Shown here: piece by piece, positions 22,026 through 32,377 of the stretch | Numbering within the stretch: the stretch's first letter is position 1 | Layout of the letters: each line of letters opens with the position of its first letter | From: an uncultured delta proteobacterium | Lineage (GTDB): Bacteria; Myxococcota; Myxococcia; Myxococcales; Myxococcaceae | Length of the DNA: 64,000 nt | Assembly (NCBI GenBank): GCA_963713045.1 | Contig: CAVQKE010000004.1 | Span: 1,056,001-1,120,000, forward strand | Direction: 5' to 3' | The notes under the pieces: generated by a model | Seen by the model: the letters and a program-made list of their open reading frames with translations, nothing else | The model's database searches: none | Told to the model about the DNA's origin: nothing | Position numbers and translations under genes: made by a program

Positions 22026-22943
22026 ATGCGAACAAGGCGGATTCAAAAGGTCGTCAAGAGCCACGCAACACTCGAAGGCGCAGGCGTCCACCTTCATCGC
22101 GCAATCGGCCTTGGCCCACCTGAGCAGTATGACCCCTTTCTCCTCCTCGACGACTTTCGCTCTGACGTGCCCGAGGACTATCTCCCGGGCTTCCCATGGC
22201 ACCCGCATCGCGGGATGGAAACCATCACCTATGTCCTTCGCGGCAAGGTCGAGCATCGCGACAGCCTCGGGAACGTCGGCGTCATCTCCCCAGGCGACGT
22301 GCAGTGGATGACGGCCGGCAGCGGCATCATTCATCAAGAGATGCCGCAGGGCGATAAGGACGGCAAGATGTACGGGTTCCAGCTCTGGGCAAACCTGCCA
22401 GCCGTCGACAAGATGATGGAGCCACGCTACCGCGGCGTCCAAAACCGAGACATTCCGGAAGTGGCCGACGCGAGCGGCGCCGTGATTCGGGTAATTGCCG
22501 GCGTCGCGGGCAGGACCACTGGACCGGTGCGGGACGTCGTCACCAGCCCGGAGTATCTCGACGTCACGGTTCCGGCCGGCGTGACGTTCACCCGGGCCAC
22601 TCCGCGCGGCCACACCGTCTTCGCCTATGTCATCGGCGGCCAGGGGGAGTTCAACCACCAGAAAAACCCCTACAGCTACGAAGCGGAGGGGGACTCATAT
22701 TTCGACCAGGAGCGAGACCGGTTCATCGGCGACCGGCACTTGGTCCTTTTCGATGATGGCGATGAGGTCATCGTGACAGCGGGCACGCAGCCGCTCCGCT
22801 TTTTGTTCATTTCCGGAAAGCCCATTGGCGAGCCGATTGCGTGGCGTGGGCCGATTGTCATGAATACCCAAGAGGAACTGCGTCTCGCGTTCGAGGAGCT
22901 CGACCGGGGAACGTTCATTCGGCACCCGCGGCGGGTGCGTTAA
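22026..22943 (+). CDS. Pirin family protein
   Basis: DPFLLLD, GFPWHPHRGMET, WMTAGSGIIHQE, QLWANLP and GPIVMNT motifs. Confidence 0.95.
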   Translation: MRTRRIQKVVKSHATLEGAGVHLHRAIGLGPPEQYDPFLLLDDFRSDVPEDYLPGFPWHPHRGMETITYVLRGKVEHRDSLGNVGVISPGDVQWMTAGSGIIHQEMPQGDKDGKMYGFQLWANLPAVDKMMEPRYRGVQNRDIPEVADASGAVIRVIAGVAGRTTGPVRDVVTSPEYLDVTVPAGVTFTRATPRGHTVFAYVIGGQGEFNHQKNPYSYEAEGDSYFDQERDRFIGDRHLVLFDDGDEVIVTAGTQPLRFLFISGKPIGEPIAWRGPIVMNTQEELRLAFEELDRGTFIRHPRRVR

Positions 22944-23005
22944 AGGAGGTCGAGGAACGCCGTCGAGGCCATCGCCTGTCACCTGCCGGTGCTTCGTGTC
23001 CCCCC

Positions 23006-23028
23006 GGGCCGACCGCGGCCCCCTTTTT
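23006..23028 (+). terminator. Possible terminator after pirin
   Basis: GGGCCG-ACCG-CGGCCC stem followed by CCTTTTT. Confidence 0.5.
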
Positions 23029-23128
23029 GCCCCGAATCCACGTGTGGACGCTACGCCGCAGGGAATGATTGAAATGCTGTCGTCGTTACAACCGCTGCAG
23101 CTCCCAACCCCAGCAAAGGCAGGACGCG

Positions 23129-23953
23129 ATGAGCACCATGACGACGAAGGACGGTACCCAAATTTATTACAACGATTGGGGCAGTGGACAACCCGTCGTC
23201 TTTAGCCATGGTTGGCCGCTTTCGGCGGATGCCTTTGAAGACCAAATGTTTTTTCTGGCTTCGCGCGGCTACCGGTGCATCGCGCACGACCGGCGAGGTC
23301 ACGGGCGTTCTAGCCAGCCGTGGAACGGAAACGACCTCGACACCTATGCCGACGACCTTGCGGAGCTGGTCCAGAAGCTGGAGCTGACCAACGCCATTCA
23401 CGTTGGCCACTCCACCGGCGGCGGCGAGGTGGCCCGCTACATCGGTCGTCACGGAACAAAGCGGGTGGCAAAGGCGGTGTTGATTTCAGCGATTCCACCT
23501 CTGATGCTCAAGACAGCGTCCAATCCGGTTGGCACGCCCATCGAGGCATTCAATCAGCTGCGTTCCGCGGTCCAAGCCGACCGGTCAAAGTTTTGGAAGG
23601 ACCTCAGTATGGCCTTCTACGGCTACAACCGTCCGGGGGCGAAGATTTCAGAAGGCGTCCGCGAATCCTTCTGGCTCCAAGGGATGATGGCCGGCTTCCC
23701 GGCATCCTACTTTTGCATCAAGGCCTTCTCGGAGACGGACACCACCGAGGACCTCAAGAAATTCAACGTTCCGACGCTGATCCTCCACGGCGACGACGAC
23801 CAAATCGTCCCCATCGCGAGCGCGGCCCTCCTGTCGTCGAAAATCGTCAAGGGGTCCATCCTCAAAATCTACAAGGGCGCCCCCCACGGGATGTGCACGA
23901 CACTGAAGGACCAGGTCAACGAGGAGCTACTCGGATTCTTCAAGAATAGCTGA
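23129..23953 (+). CDS. Non-heme haloperoxidase/arylesterase (alpha/beta hydrolase)
   Basis: [29 protein letters not shown] and GAPHG motifs. Confidence 0.93.
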   Translation: MSTMTTKDGTQIYYNDWGSGQPVVFSHGWPLSADAFEDQMFFLASRGYRCIAHDRRGHGRSSQPWNGNDLDTYADDLAELVQKLELTNAIHVGHSTGGGEVARYIGRHGTKRVAKAVLISAIPPLMLKTASNPVGTPIEAFNQLRSAVQADRSKFWKDLSMAFYGYNRPGAKISEGVRESFWLQGMMAGFPASYFCIKAFSETDTTEDLKKFNVPTLILHGDDDQIVPIASAALLSSKIVKGSILKIYKGAPHGMCTTLKDQVNEELLGFFKNS

Positions 23954-23978
23954 AGCACCACGCCCGCTCGGACCTTCT

Positions 23979-24016
23979 GGAAGCTCTCCGCCGCGCTGCG
24001 ATGGCGGAGGGCTTCC
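23979..24016. repeat. 14-bp stem inverted repeat downstream of the hydrolase gene
   Basis: GGAAGCTCTCCGCC...GGCGGAGGGCTTCC, with no T tract. Confidence 0.55.
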
Positions 24017-24177
24017 GTCCTGGGGTGCTCATTCGCTTCACCGCGGGGCTCGCCGTCGGCGGGGAAGAAGCGGCCGACAAATGAGGTTGCTACCCGGCAG
24101 GGGGTGGAAGCTTGAAGCGGAGGTCCGCCCGACGCCCTGGCGGTTTGAGGCTGGACACCACTCGGAGGGTTCAGAAA

Positions 24178-24462
24178 ATGAGAGAGGTCCTTCGTCGAAG
24201 ACGTCTCGGTGCTGGCGATGTGGCGATGCTTGCAGCCGCTGTCGGGGCCGTGGCAGCGGGCGCCGTGGCGGTGGGCGCGGTTGCAATCGGCGCACTCAGC
24301 ATTCGTCGATTGGCAATCCAGCGGGTCATCATCTCCAGCGCCCAATTCAAGTCGCTGGTGGTTGAAGAGTTGACCGTGAAGCGGCTTCGCGCCACGGAAG
24401 TCACCGTCGATGACCCGGCCGCGTTGCCGAAAAGCGCTGGCCGCCCCCTCGTCTCGGGATGA
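24178..24462 (+). CDS. Small protein with GAVAx pentapeptide repeats
   Basis: AVGAVAAGAVAVGAVAIGALSI hydrophobic repeat followed by SLVVEELTVKRL; GGAGG upstream. Confidence 0.6.
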   Translation: MREVLRRRRLGAGDVAMLAAAVGAVAAGAVAVGAVAIGALSIRRLAIQRVIISSAQFKSLVVEELTVKRLRATEVTVDDPAALPKSAGRPLVSG

Positions 24463-24500
24463 GTCGCGGGTAGATTCTTAAGCAAACGTTGGAGGAAGCC

Positions 24501-24929
24501 ATGTCACGAGAGTCACGACTGACTGCGGGCATTCTGCTCGTCGTCCTTCCCACGGTGATGTACGGCGGCCTGTCCCTTCTCAGCATGCTCACCCAAAATG
24601 CACCGGGGTACATCGACAACCCTCTGCGGCACGACCTGTGGCGGGCCGGCCATGCGCATGCAGGCGTCTACCTCATCCTTTCGCTGGTGATGCTGCGCTA
24701 CGTGGACGAGGTCGAGCTCCCCCCACTCTGGAAGTGGCTGGCCCGAACCGGCGCGCCGATTGCCGCCATCCTCATCCCCGCCGCCTTCTTCTTGTCGGTC
24801 GCCTCTCCAACGGCGAGGGAGCCCAATGCCCTCATCAACCTGGCCTACGTGGGAGGTCTCTTTCTGGCGGCCGCGGTCCTGAGCCTCGGGGTGGGGCTGA
24901 TTCGCGGGGCACAGCGGATGAAGGCCTGA
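24501..24929 (+). CDS. Four-TM membrane protein with HAHAG motif
   Basis: GGAGG RBS and RAGHAHAGV motif. Confidence 0.75.
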   Translation: MSRESRLTAGILLVVLPTVMYGGLSLLSMLTQNAPGYIDNPLRHDLWRAGHAHAGVYLILSLVMLRYVDEVELPPLWKWLARTGAPIAAILIPAAFFLSVASPTAREPNALINLAYVGGLFLAAAVLSLGVGLIRGAQRMKA

Positions 24930-24982
24930 AGCGAGGACAACAGGCACGCGCCAGAAGCAGGCGTGCGGCCCTCCAGTCGACT

Positions 24983-26371
24983 TTAGTAGGCGTGCCGGGA
25001 CAGAAAGCCGCCGAGGACGGTCCGGACGAGAATTTTCACGTCCAAGAGCAGCGACCAGTTCTCGATGTAATAAAGGTCATACTCAATCCGCTTCTCGATG
25101 GACGTTTGCCCGCGAAGCCCGTGAATCTGGGCCCACCCGGTGATGCCGGACTTCACCTTGTGGCGCAGGTGGTACTTCGGTATCCGCCGCTTGAATTCCT
25201 CGATGAAGACCGGCCGCTCCGGCCGGGGGCCAACCAAACTCATATCGCCCCACAAGACGTTGAGCAGCTGGGGCAATTCGTCCAAGGACGAGGCCCGCAG
25301 AAACGCCCCGACCGCCGTGCGGCGCGGGTCCTTGGCGCGGGCCATGGCGGCCCCGTCGGCCTCAGCGTCGGTGCGCATGGTGCGGAACTTCACAATTTGA
25401 AACGTCCGTCCGTCCATCCCCATCCGCTCCTGCCGAAAGAAGATGGGCCCCCGACTTGTCAACCGGACGGCGAGGGCCACCAGCAGAAACACCGGGGACA
25501 ACACCAACAGCGCCGAAACCGCCAACAGCACGTCAAAGACGCGCTTGGCCACCAGGTTCCAGCCTTCGAGGGGGCCGCCTTGCAGGCCAATCAGGGGCAA
25601 TCCGCCGAATTCCTCGAGGCCCCCGTACAGCGTGACGTACTGGAAGAGGTCCGGTACCACCTTCACGTCCACGGTTTGCAGGGCGAGACGCTCCATCAGC
25701 TGCTTCAACAGCGGCGTGTCCTCGGAGGGGAGGGCCAAAATGACTTGGTCCACCGGGCCATGGGCCAGCACCCGTTCCAAGTCCGCGGTGGTGCCGACCA
25801 CCGGGACGTCGCGCACCGTGGTGCCTGGCGGGCAGGCCGCGGAGGAGAGGGCCCCCACCACACGGAAGCCCAGTTCGCGGTGGCCCTCGATGGTGTCCAC
25901 CACCCGTTCTCCGAGGCTGCCGGTTCCCACCAACAGAATGGATTTGAGGTTGTGGCCTCGGCGGCGGACCTCGGCCAAGACGCTCCGGAAGCTGAGGCGC
26001 GTCGCCGACACCAGCACCACGGCGTAGCCGAGAAACAGCCCCAGCGTGGCGCGCGAGTAGCGCTCACGGAAAAAGTAGGTGATGGCCACCAGCAACAGCG
26101 TCGCCGTGAGAGAGGCCCGGACGACGCCGAAGACTTCTTCCAAGTCGGTCCGTGCGCGGTTGGTGACGTAGAGCTGGGCCTGTCGGAAGGCCATGTGGAA
26201 AAGCAGCAGCGCCAAGGCCAGCGTCACCAGCGAATCGCCGAGGGTGGGCTCTGGCCGGTGGTCGGTCCAGCTAAACCACGTCAGGTAGGCCAGGCCAAAG
26301 GCCAGGGCCAACACCACCACGTCCGTGGCCACCTTGATGGAGGTGTAGAAGCGCTGGAGGCGGCCAAACAT
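24983..26371 (-). CDS. wcaJ: Undecaprenyl-phosphate glucose phosphotransferase (WcaJ-like)
   Basis: N-terminal TMs and a CoA-binding-like domain; KRVFD, KFRTM, SLDELPQL, GPRPE, GITGWAQ and DLYYIENWS motifs. Confidence 0.9.
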   Translation of the reverse strand: MFGRLQRFYTSIKVATDVVVLALAFGLAYLTWFSWTDHRPEPTLGDSLVTLALALLLFHMAFRQAQLYVTNRARTDLEEVFGVVRASLTATLLLVAITYFFRERYSRATLGLFLGYAVVLVSATRLSFRSVLAEVRRRGHNLKSILLVGTGSLGERVVDTIEGHRELGFRVVGALSSAACPPGTTVRDVPVVGTTADLERVLAHGPVDQVILALPSEDTPLLKQLMERLALQTVDVKVVPDLFQYVTLYGGLEEFGGLPLIGLQGGPLEGWNLVAKRVFDVLLAVSALLVLSPVFLLVALAVRLTSRGPIFFRQERMGMDGRTFQIVKFRTMRTDAEADGAAMARAKDPRRTAVGAFLRASSLDELPQLLNVLWGDMSLVGPRPERPVFIEEFKRRIPKYHLRHKVKSGITGWAQIHGLRGQTSIEKRIEYDLYYIENWSLLLDVKILVRTVLGGFLSRHAY

Positions 26372-26389
26372 GTGGCGGAACCTCTCTGG

Positions 26390-27499
26390 TTACCACGGAC
26401 GGCCGCGCAGAAGCGGCTCAGAAGCGCGACGGATGCCGGCCCAGAATTGCTCTGGCCGAAAGAGGAGGGCGCGCTGCCGGGCCGCCTCCGGCCTGAAGCC
26501 CTTCTCGAAGACCTCGAAGCGCTCGACTGCCTCCACCAGTGCCTCCGGCGTGGCGTCTTGGAAGAAGAGCCCGGTGTCCGCGGTGACTGTCTCCAGCGCC
26601 CCCCCTCGCCCCAAGGCCAGCACCGGGCGGCCGCAGGCCATCGCCTCCAGCGGCACAATCCCGAAGTCTTCCTCCCCGGGAAAGACCAGGGCGCGCGCGT
26701 CGCGGTACAGCGCGGGAAGCGCGTCGTCCTTCACCGCTCCAAGCCAACGGACGGAGGGCGGCCGGCCCCGGCGCAGCCGACCTGCGTCTTGTCCGTCCCC
26801 GGCCACCCACAGCGGCGCACCAAGACGGCGGAAGGCTTCGAGGGCGACGTCCAGGCGCTTGTAGGGCGCCAGCGCCCCCACCCACAGGAAATACCCGCCA
26901 GCGCCGGTGCCTAGGGGTGCTGAGGCGAAGCGCTCGGTGTCCACCGGCGGGTACACCACTTCGACGGTACGGCCCCAGGCGCGCGCAATGCGCTGGGCCA
27001 CATGCTGACTGTCGGCCAGCATGACGTCCGGCGCGGAGGCCGTGGCCCGGTCCCACGCCTGAAGCCTCGGGCGCAGCGCGCGCGCCCCCAGGCGGACCGG
27101 CCAGGAGGCTCTTCCAGGGCCGAAGTACTCCTCAAACAGGTCCCACATGTACCGCATGGGGGCAAAGACGTAAGCCAGGTGCGGCGTCCCTTGGGGCACC
27201 GCGACAGCCTTGGCGACGCAGTGGCTGGTGGAGAGGACGAAGTCAAACCCGCGCACGTCCAACTGGCGCACCGCCCAGGGCATGAAGGGCAATAGGTTGC
27301 GGTAGTGGCGGAAGACGCCCGGGACGTGCTGCAGCGGCGAGACGTGGATGGGGCGCGACTCGATGGGCTGCCCGACGCTTCCCGGCTGGTGCAGAAGGGT
27401 AAACACCTCGGCGTCTGGAAAAAGACGCACCAGTGCCTCCAGCACGGCCTCCCCGCCGCGACGGCCCACCAGCCAGTCATGCACCAGCGCGACGCGCAT
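26390..27499 (-). CDS. Glycosyltransferase family 4
   Basis: VHDWLVGRRGGE, YKR and EDFGIVPLEAMACG motifs. Confidence 0.92.
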   Translation of the reverse strand: MRVALVHDWLVGRRGGEAVLEALVRLFPDAEVFTLLHQPGSVGQPIESRPIHVSPLQHVPGVFRHYRNLLPFMPWAVRQLDVRGFDFVLSTSHCVAKAVAVPQGTPHLAYVFAPMRYMWDLFEEYFGPGRASWPVRLGARALRPRLQAWDRATASAPDVMLADSQHVAQRIARAWGRTVEVVYPPVDTERFASAPLGTGAGGYFLWVGALAPYKRLDVALEAFRRLGAPLWVAGDGQDAGRLRRGRPPSVRWLGAVKDDALPALYRDARALVFPGEEDFGIVPLEAMACGRPVLALGRGGALETVTADTGLFFQDATPEALVEAVERFEVFEKGFRPEAARQRALLFRPEQFWAGIRRASEPLLRGRPW

Positions 27500-27596
27500 G
27501 CCCAAGGCGCCTGCTGTAGCACCCCCCGCGCTGGCGGCAAGGCGTTCGGTCGGCGCGGGCAGCCCCGGGAAGCAAGCGGGCGCCCCCGCGCACGGC

Positions 27597-28874
27597 ATGC
27601 GAGTGGTGTACCTTCCAGCTGCCTTGCTCGCGGCGCCACCGCATGTGGAAGGGACGGCGGACGGCTCCGGCTGGGCGTGGCGTCCTTCGCTGGCCGAGGC
27701 CGGGCTATTGACTTGGGGCGTGGGCGTTCAGCTCTCCGAAGCGCTCGGCGCCCTGGGCATGGTGCTGTGTCTTTTGGCGGTGCTGCCACCCGGGCCGGGC
27801 TGGCGGGCGCGCGCCCTCCGGGCGTGGCCGCTGTGGGCCTTCGTCGCCTGGTGCCTGCTGGTGCCACTGCTTGCGGGCCGCGCCCCCACGGCAGGCGGAG
27901 CGGCGCGCATTTTGGACTGGTGCTTTCTGCCCGTGGCGGCGAGTGGGCTTGGCCTTCTCGGCCAGCGGGCACGGCGCCGCATGGCCCTGGTGGTGGGCGC
28001 GGTATTTCTCCTCTCCTGCGGTGCGGCGCTGTGCCAGCACTGGGGACTGTGGCCGGAGGCGGGTGCCTTCGCCCCCTTCCGTTGGACCGGGCTGCCCTTT
28101 CAGCGCATGTATGAAACGCTCCCCGGCGAGCCCGCGCGGTACATGGCCGGGGGCCTGTTGTTGCACCGGTTGAAATTCGCCCACGTCGGCGGCTTGTTGG
28201 TGCTGGCCTACTTGGACTTGGGGCTGTTGCGGCGGAACCGGGCGGCGCTGGCGGTGGCCGCGGTCGGGGCGCTGTGCGTGGCCTGGCTGCCCCATGCCCG
28301 CGCCGCCTCCGTCGCGCTGGTGGTGGCGATGGCGGTGGTGCTGGCGCTGCGCCTGTCGGGACGGTGGAGGTGGCCTGCGCTTTTCGGCCTTCTTCTCCTC
28401 GGCGTGGGCCTCCTGGCCGGGGTGAGTAGCCTGAGGGTGCGCTTTGCCTCGGTCGCCACCGATGAGGGCTCCGGGGACAGGCGCTGGTTGGCCCAGTCTG
28501 CCCTGCGCGCCGTGGCCGAGCACCCGTTGACCGGCGTCGGACTGGGACGTTACCGCCCGTCCAACTTCGCCTCGCCGGACACACCGGAGGAAGTGGTGCG
28601 CCACGCCGGCAAAGCGCACGACCAATACCTCACCTTCGCCGCCGAGGCCGGCCTGCCGGCGGCGCTGCTCTACGTCTGGGTGTTGGTGTGGTGCTGGCGC
28701 GCGACGCAGCCCTACCGTCCGCTGGGCGCGGCCGGTCGGGCCAGCGTCGTCTTCCTCGCCCTGGTGAGTGTCGTTCACGACCCCCTCTTCCACGCGGAGG
28801 TGTCCATGGCCGCCGTGCTGGCGCTCGGGCTGGCCCAAGGCATGCGGGAGGATGAGAAAGGGAGGGCGGGGTGA
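27597..28874 (+). CDS. O-antigen ligase/Wzy_C family membrane protein, start uncertain
   Basis: Many TMs; ARAA, HPLTGVGLG and AHDQYLTFAAEAG motifs. Confidence 0.82.
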   Translation: MRVVYLPAALLAAPPHVEGTADGSGWAWRPSLAEAGLLTWGVGVQLSEALGALGMVLCLLAVLPPGPGWRARALRAWPLWAFVAWCLLVPLLAGRAPTAGGAARILDWCFLPVAASGLGLLGQRARRRMALVVGAVFLLSCGAALCQHWGLWPEAGAFAPFRWTGLPFQRMYETLPGEPARYMAGGLLLHRLKFAHVGGLLVLAYLDLGLLRRNRAALAVAAVGALCVAWLPHARAASVALVVAMAVVLALRLSGRWRWPALFGLLLLGVGLLAGVSSLRVRFASVATDEGSGDRRWLAQSALRAVAEHPLTGVGLGRYRPSNFASPDTPEEVVRHAGKAHDQYLTFAAEAGLPAALLYVWVLVWCWRATQPYRPLGAAGRASVVFLALVSVVHDPLFHAEVSMAAVLALGLAQGMREDEKGRAG

Positions 28875-29996
28875 GTGGGGCGGCACCGCCGAGCCAGATT
28901 CCCGAAGCCACCCCCCGCGGCGGACACCGGCCCCGGGTGCTGTTGGACTTGCGCATGGTGGAGGGCCACCTCCACGGCATTGCCCGCTACGCGCTGGCAC
29001 TGGCCGCGCGCCTTCCGGCGCTTCTACCGGAGGTGGAGGTGGTGGGCCTCGGCCCACCGGACGGGCTTCCGGAATTGGGCCCGACTCAGCCCACCCATTG
29101 CTGTCCGGCGCTGCGCGGCGCGCTTTCTCTCCGCGTTTGAACAGCCAGCGCTGGCCGCGGCCTTGGTGGCAGCCCGCGCCGACTGCTTTCACGCGACTTC
29201 TTTCTCGCTGCCGCTGCTGTGGCCCGGCCCGCTGGTGGCCACCCTCCACGACGCCACCCACCTCGTCCGGGCCAGCGACTATGGCCTGGCCACCGCCGCC
29301 TATTACTGGGCGGTGGTGGGGCCCCGGCTCCGCCGCGCGCGGGCCCGCCTTTCCATTTCGTCCTTTTCCCGAGCGGAGTTGGCCGAGCGCCTCGGCCTGG
29401 CCCCCAGTGCCATTGAGGTGGTGCCCCTGGGCGTGGACGAAGCCTTTCGTCCCCCGTCGCTAGACAGCTGCGCGCAGGCCCGCCAGGCGCTTGGACTGCC
29501 CAGCCGCTACCTGTTGGCGGTGGGCAATGAGAAGCCGCACAAGCGGCTCGGCTGGCTGGCCCAGCTGGCACCCCGGCTGCCGGCCCCCCTGGTGGTGCTG
29601 GCTGGGCCGGCGCTGGGGCAGCTCCGGCTGCCCGCGGAGGTGCTGGGCCTGGCGGACGTGGACGAGCGTCTGTTGCCGGCGCTGTATGGCGGCGCCGAGG
29701 CGCTCCTGCTGCCTTCGGTGCATGAGGGGTTTGGGCTGCCGGCCCTGGAGGCCATGGCCTGTGGGTGTCCGGTGGTGGCGGCGCGTGCCGGAGCCCTGCC
29801 GGAAGTGGTGGGCGACGCCGGGTTACTGCTGGAGCCAGAGGCGGAAGCGCTGTGGCTGCAGGCGGTGCAGCGTCTGGACGCCGAGCCCGCGTTGCGAGCC
29901 GCCTTGGTGGAGCGCGGCCTCGCCCACGCCAAGGCTTTCAGCTGGGACGCTTGCGCCCGCGCGACGGCCGACGTCTACCGGCGGGTGTTGGGCTGA
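28871..29996 (+). CDS. Glycosyltransferase family 4 with one frameshift near 29084
   Basis: N-terminus (LLDLRM...HGIARY) is in ORF 28871; TLHD, KPHK and EGFGLPALEAMACG are in ORF 28875. Confidence 0.85.
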
Positions 29997-31256
29997 GGCA
30001 CTGCGGCCCGGGCCGGCGAGGCCCACCCCCCACACCAGCGCGAAGGTGAGGTGGACGCTTGAATGGAAGGGCAGGTAGTGCACCAGGGCCAGCGCTTGAA
30101 AGGCCCCCCAAGAGAGGAGGGCCCCGGCCGCAAGCCAGACGCCGGCGCGGGCCCTTTGCCACAGCGCGCGGGCCAGCAGTGCCTGCCAGGCCAGCCACAG
30201 CGCCACCCCAACCACCCCCGTTTCGGCCCACACCGTCAGCCAAAGCGTATGGGCGTCCCGGGCCAGTTGCTGAGGCAGGCCGGTGTCCGGCGAGCGGGCC
30301 AGCGCCGCGGCGTGGTAGTTGCCGAAGCCGACGCCCAGCACCGGGTGGCGCTGGACGATGTCCCAGCCGGCGGCACGGGCCACCGCCCGCTCGCCGTCCA
30401 AGACGTTTTTGCCCGCTTCGGTGAGGCGCAGTCGCCAGCCAGGCGCCAGGGCCACCGCCAACAACAGCAGCCCCACGCCCGCCAGGCCCGCGCGGCGGGT
30501 CCACCCCCGCGAAAGCCCCACCGCGGCCGCCGCACCCAGCAGGGCCACCGCCCCCAGCGCCGCCCGGGCGTAGGAGAGGTAGACGGCGACCGCGCACAGA
30601 AGGGCCATCCAAGCGCCCAGCCAGCGGCGGCGGGGGCTGACTGCCTGGACGGAGGCGGCCAGCGAGGGGCCGAGCAGGGCGACGGCCCCGTGGGCGAAGC
30701 GGAGCCGGTGGAAGAAGAAGCCTCCGGCGGCGAAGCGCGGCTGGGCCTCCGGGCCGAAGACTTCATGCACCCGGCCCACCGGCAGTCGCAACAGCCGGGG
30801 CAGCGGCACCTCCCAGCGAATGAGGTGCTGCACCAAGCCCAGCGCCACCGAGCCCGTCCAGCCAGCCACCACCGCCACCTCCACCACCGCCCAGCGCACC
30901 CCCACCCCCGCCGCCACCGCCAGTGCCGGAGCGGCCGCAGTGTCCAAGCACTGCAACCAACGCCCCACCGGGGGCCAGTCCGCGACGCCGGACAGATGCA
31001 CCAGCAGCGGGGAAAGGGCTTGGTAGAGGGCCAAGGCCGCCCCAGCGGCCAGCGGCGCGCGGAGCCCGTCCGCCAGTCGAGCCCGACGGGCGAGGAGAAG
31101 CCCCAGCGCCAGCAGGACGACGGCGTCGGCGGCCACCTGCATCAGCCCCTCCGAAGCCGCCGTGCCGAGCGCCCAGGCGGCCACCAGCCCAGTCACCGCT
31201 GTCGGCAAGCCTTGGGGCTGGACGGCGGACGGCGGCTGGGAGGCCAGAGAGTGCAC
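29823..31256 (-). CDS. O-antigen ligase/Wzy_C family membrane protein
   Basis: Many TMs; SYARAA, HPVLGVGFGNY and DAHTLWLTVWAETG motifs. The 3' end overlaps the convergent GT4 gene. Confidence 0.82.
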   Translation of the reverse strand: MHSLASQPPSAVQPQGLPTAVTGLVAAWALGTAASEGLMQVAADAVVLLALGLLLARRARLADGLRAPLAAGAALALYQALSPLLVHLSGVADWPPVGRWLQCLDTAAAPALAVAAGVGVRWAVVEVAVVAGWTGSVALGLVQHLIRWEVPLPRLLRLPVGRVHEVFGPEAQPRFAAGGFFFHRLRFAHGAVALLGPSLAASVQAVSPRRRWLGAWMALLCAVAVYLSYARAALGAVALLGAAAAVGLSRGWTRRAGLAGVGLLLLAVALAPGWRLRLTEAGKNVLDGERAVARAAGWDIVQRHPVLGVGFGNYHAAALARSPDTGLPQQLARDAHTLWLTVWAETGVVGVALWLAWQALLARALWQRARAGVWLAAGALLSWGAFQALALVHYLPFHSSVHLTFALVWGVGLAGPGRSASAQHPPVDVGRRAGASVPAESLGVGEAALHQGGSQRGLGVQTLHRLQPQRFRLWLQQ

Positions 31257-31264
31257 GGGGGGCG

Positions 31265-32377
31265 TCAGGCTGAGGCAACCAGCAGGCGGCGCAGCCGCGG
31301 CCGCGCGGTGGGCCAGCGCGCCAGCGCCACCGCCGTGACGCCGAGGAGCACCACCGGGGCCCAGGCGGCCACCGGCGGCGCGAGTCGCCCGCCCACCACC
31401 AGCCCGCGCGCCACCACCATCAACCCCCACAGCGCCAGGGTGACGAGAAGCCCCTGCATCAGCACGCCGGTAATTCCCTGCCTCCCGGCGCGGAGCGCGA
31501 GGGCCAGGGCGAGAAGCGCCGCCGGCACCGCCATCAACGGCACCGCCACCCGGTTGTGGAGCGCCAGCGCGTAGAGGCGGGCGGGGAGCCCCACCGTGCG
31601 GCGGGCCCGAATCTGCTCGGACAGCACGGCGGACGACATTTGTTCCGGCCGGCCCGGACGGATGCTGAGGTCCGAGCGCGCCACCCCCAGGTCGAAGACG
31701 CCGTCCGGCAGAGAGTGAATTCGGCTTCCCGACTGTCCTTGGAAGGTGCGAAGGGTGACGCCGGTGAGTTGCCAGAGGGTGCCGGAGCGGTAGGCCATGG
31801 TGTCCGCTTCAAGCCGTTCGCGGAGCGCGAAGGCCTCGTCCAGCGTCAGCACCGTGACGCCGCGGAAGCCCTCCTCGGCGCTGCCCTCCTGAAGGTGCAG
31901 AATGCGGTCGCCGCGACGAAACCACTGCTTGCGGCCGTAAAAGGAGCGCCAGTCCCCCCAGCGGTGGAAGCGCAAGGTGGTAATTTCATCCACCCGCCGG
32001 CCGGCATGTCCCACCACTTTCTCGTCGAGCACCACCAGCGCCAGGGCCATCACCAAGCTGACCATCAGCACCGGCCCATACAGCGTCCAGCGGGAGAAGC
32101 CGAGGGCTTGGATGGCGGTCAGTTCGCCCTTGGAGCGGAGCACCGCCACCAGCGCCCCGGCGCCCAGCAGCAACGCCGCCGGAGCGAGCTGGTGACCGGC
32201 CACCACCGCCTTGTAGCCGTACAGCACCAACACGTCGCGCATCCAATTCGGACCGGTGTAGGACTTGGCGCGGTCGACGAAGTCAGCGACCAAAAAGACG
32301 GTGAGCACGCCGCCGAAGATGGTGGACGTCAGTCGCAGGTACATCCGGCAGAGGTGCCGAAAGAGAAGGCCCCTCAC
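31265..32377 (-). CDS. lptG: LptF/LptG family permease
   Basis: GELTAIQALGFS motif, TM-periplasmic-TM layout, PVAAW motif, coupled to lptF. Confidence 0.82.
   Translation of the reverse strand: MRGLLFRHLCRMYLRLTSTIFGGVLTVFLVADFVDRAKSYTGPNWMRDVLVLYGYKAVVAGHQLAPAALLLGAGALVAVLRSKGELTAIQALGFSRWTLYGPVLMVSLVMALALVVLDEKVVGHAGRRVDEITTLRFHRWGDWRSFYGRKQWFRRGDRILHLQEGSAEEGFRGVTVLTLDEAFALRERLEADTMAYRSGTLWQLTGVTLRTFQGQSGSRIHSLPDGVFDLGVARSDLSIRPGRPEQMSSAVLSEQIRARRTVGLPARLYALALHNRVAVPLMAVPAALLALALALRAGRQGITGVLMQGLLVTLALWGLMVVARGLVVGGRLAPPVAAWAPVVLLGVTAVALARWPTARPRLRRLLVASA

Noticed and set aside
29823..29996. 174-nt convergent overlap of the ligase and GT4 genes
   Set aside because: The ligase tail is unstructured read-through and probably reflects a lost stop or a sequence error, not dual coding.
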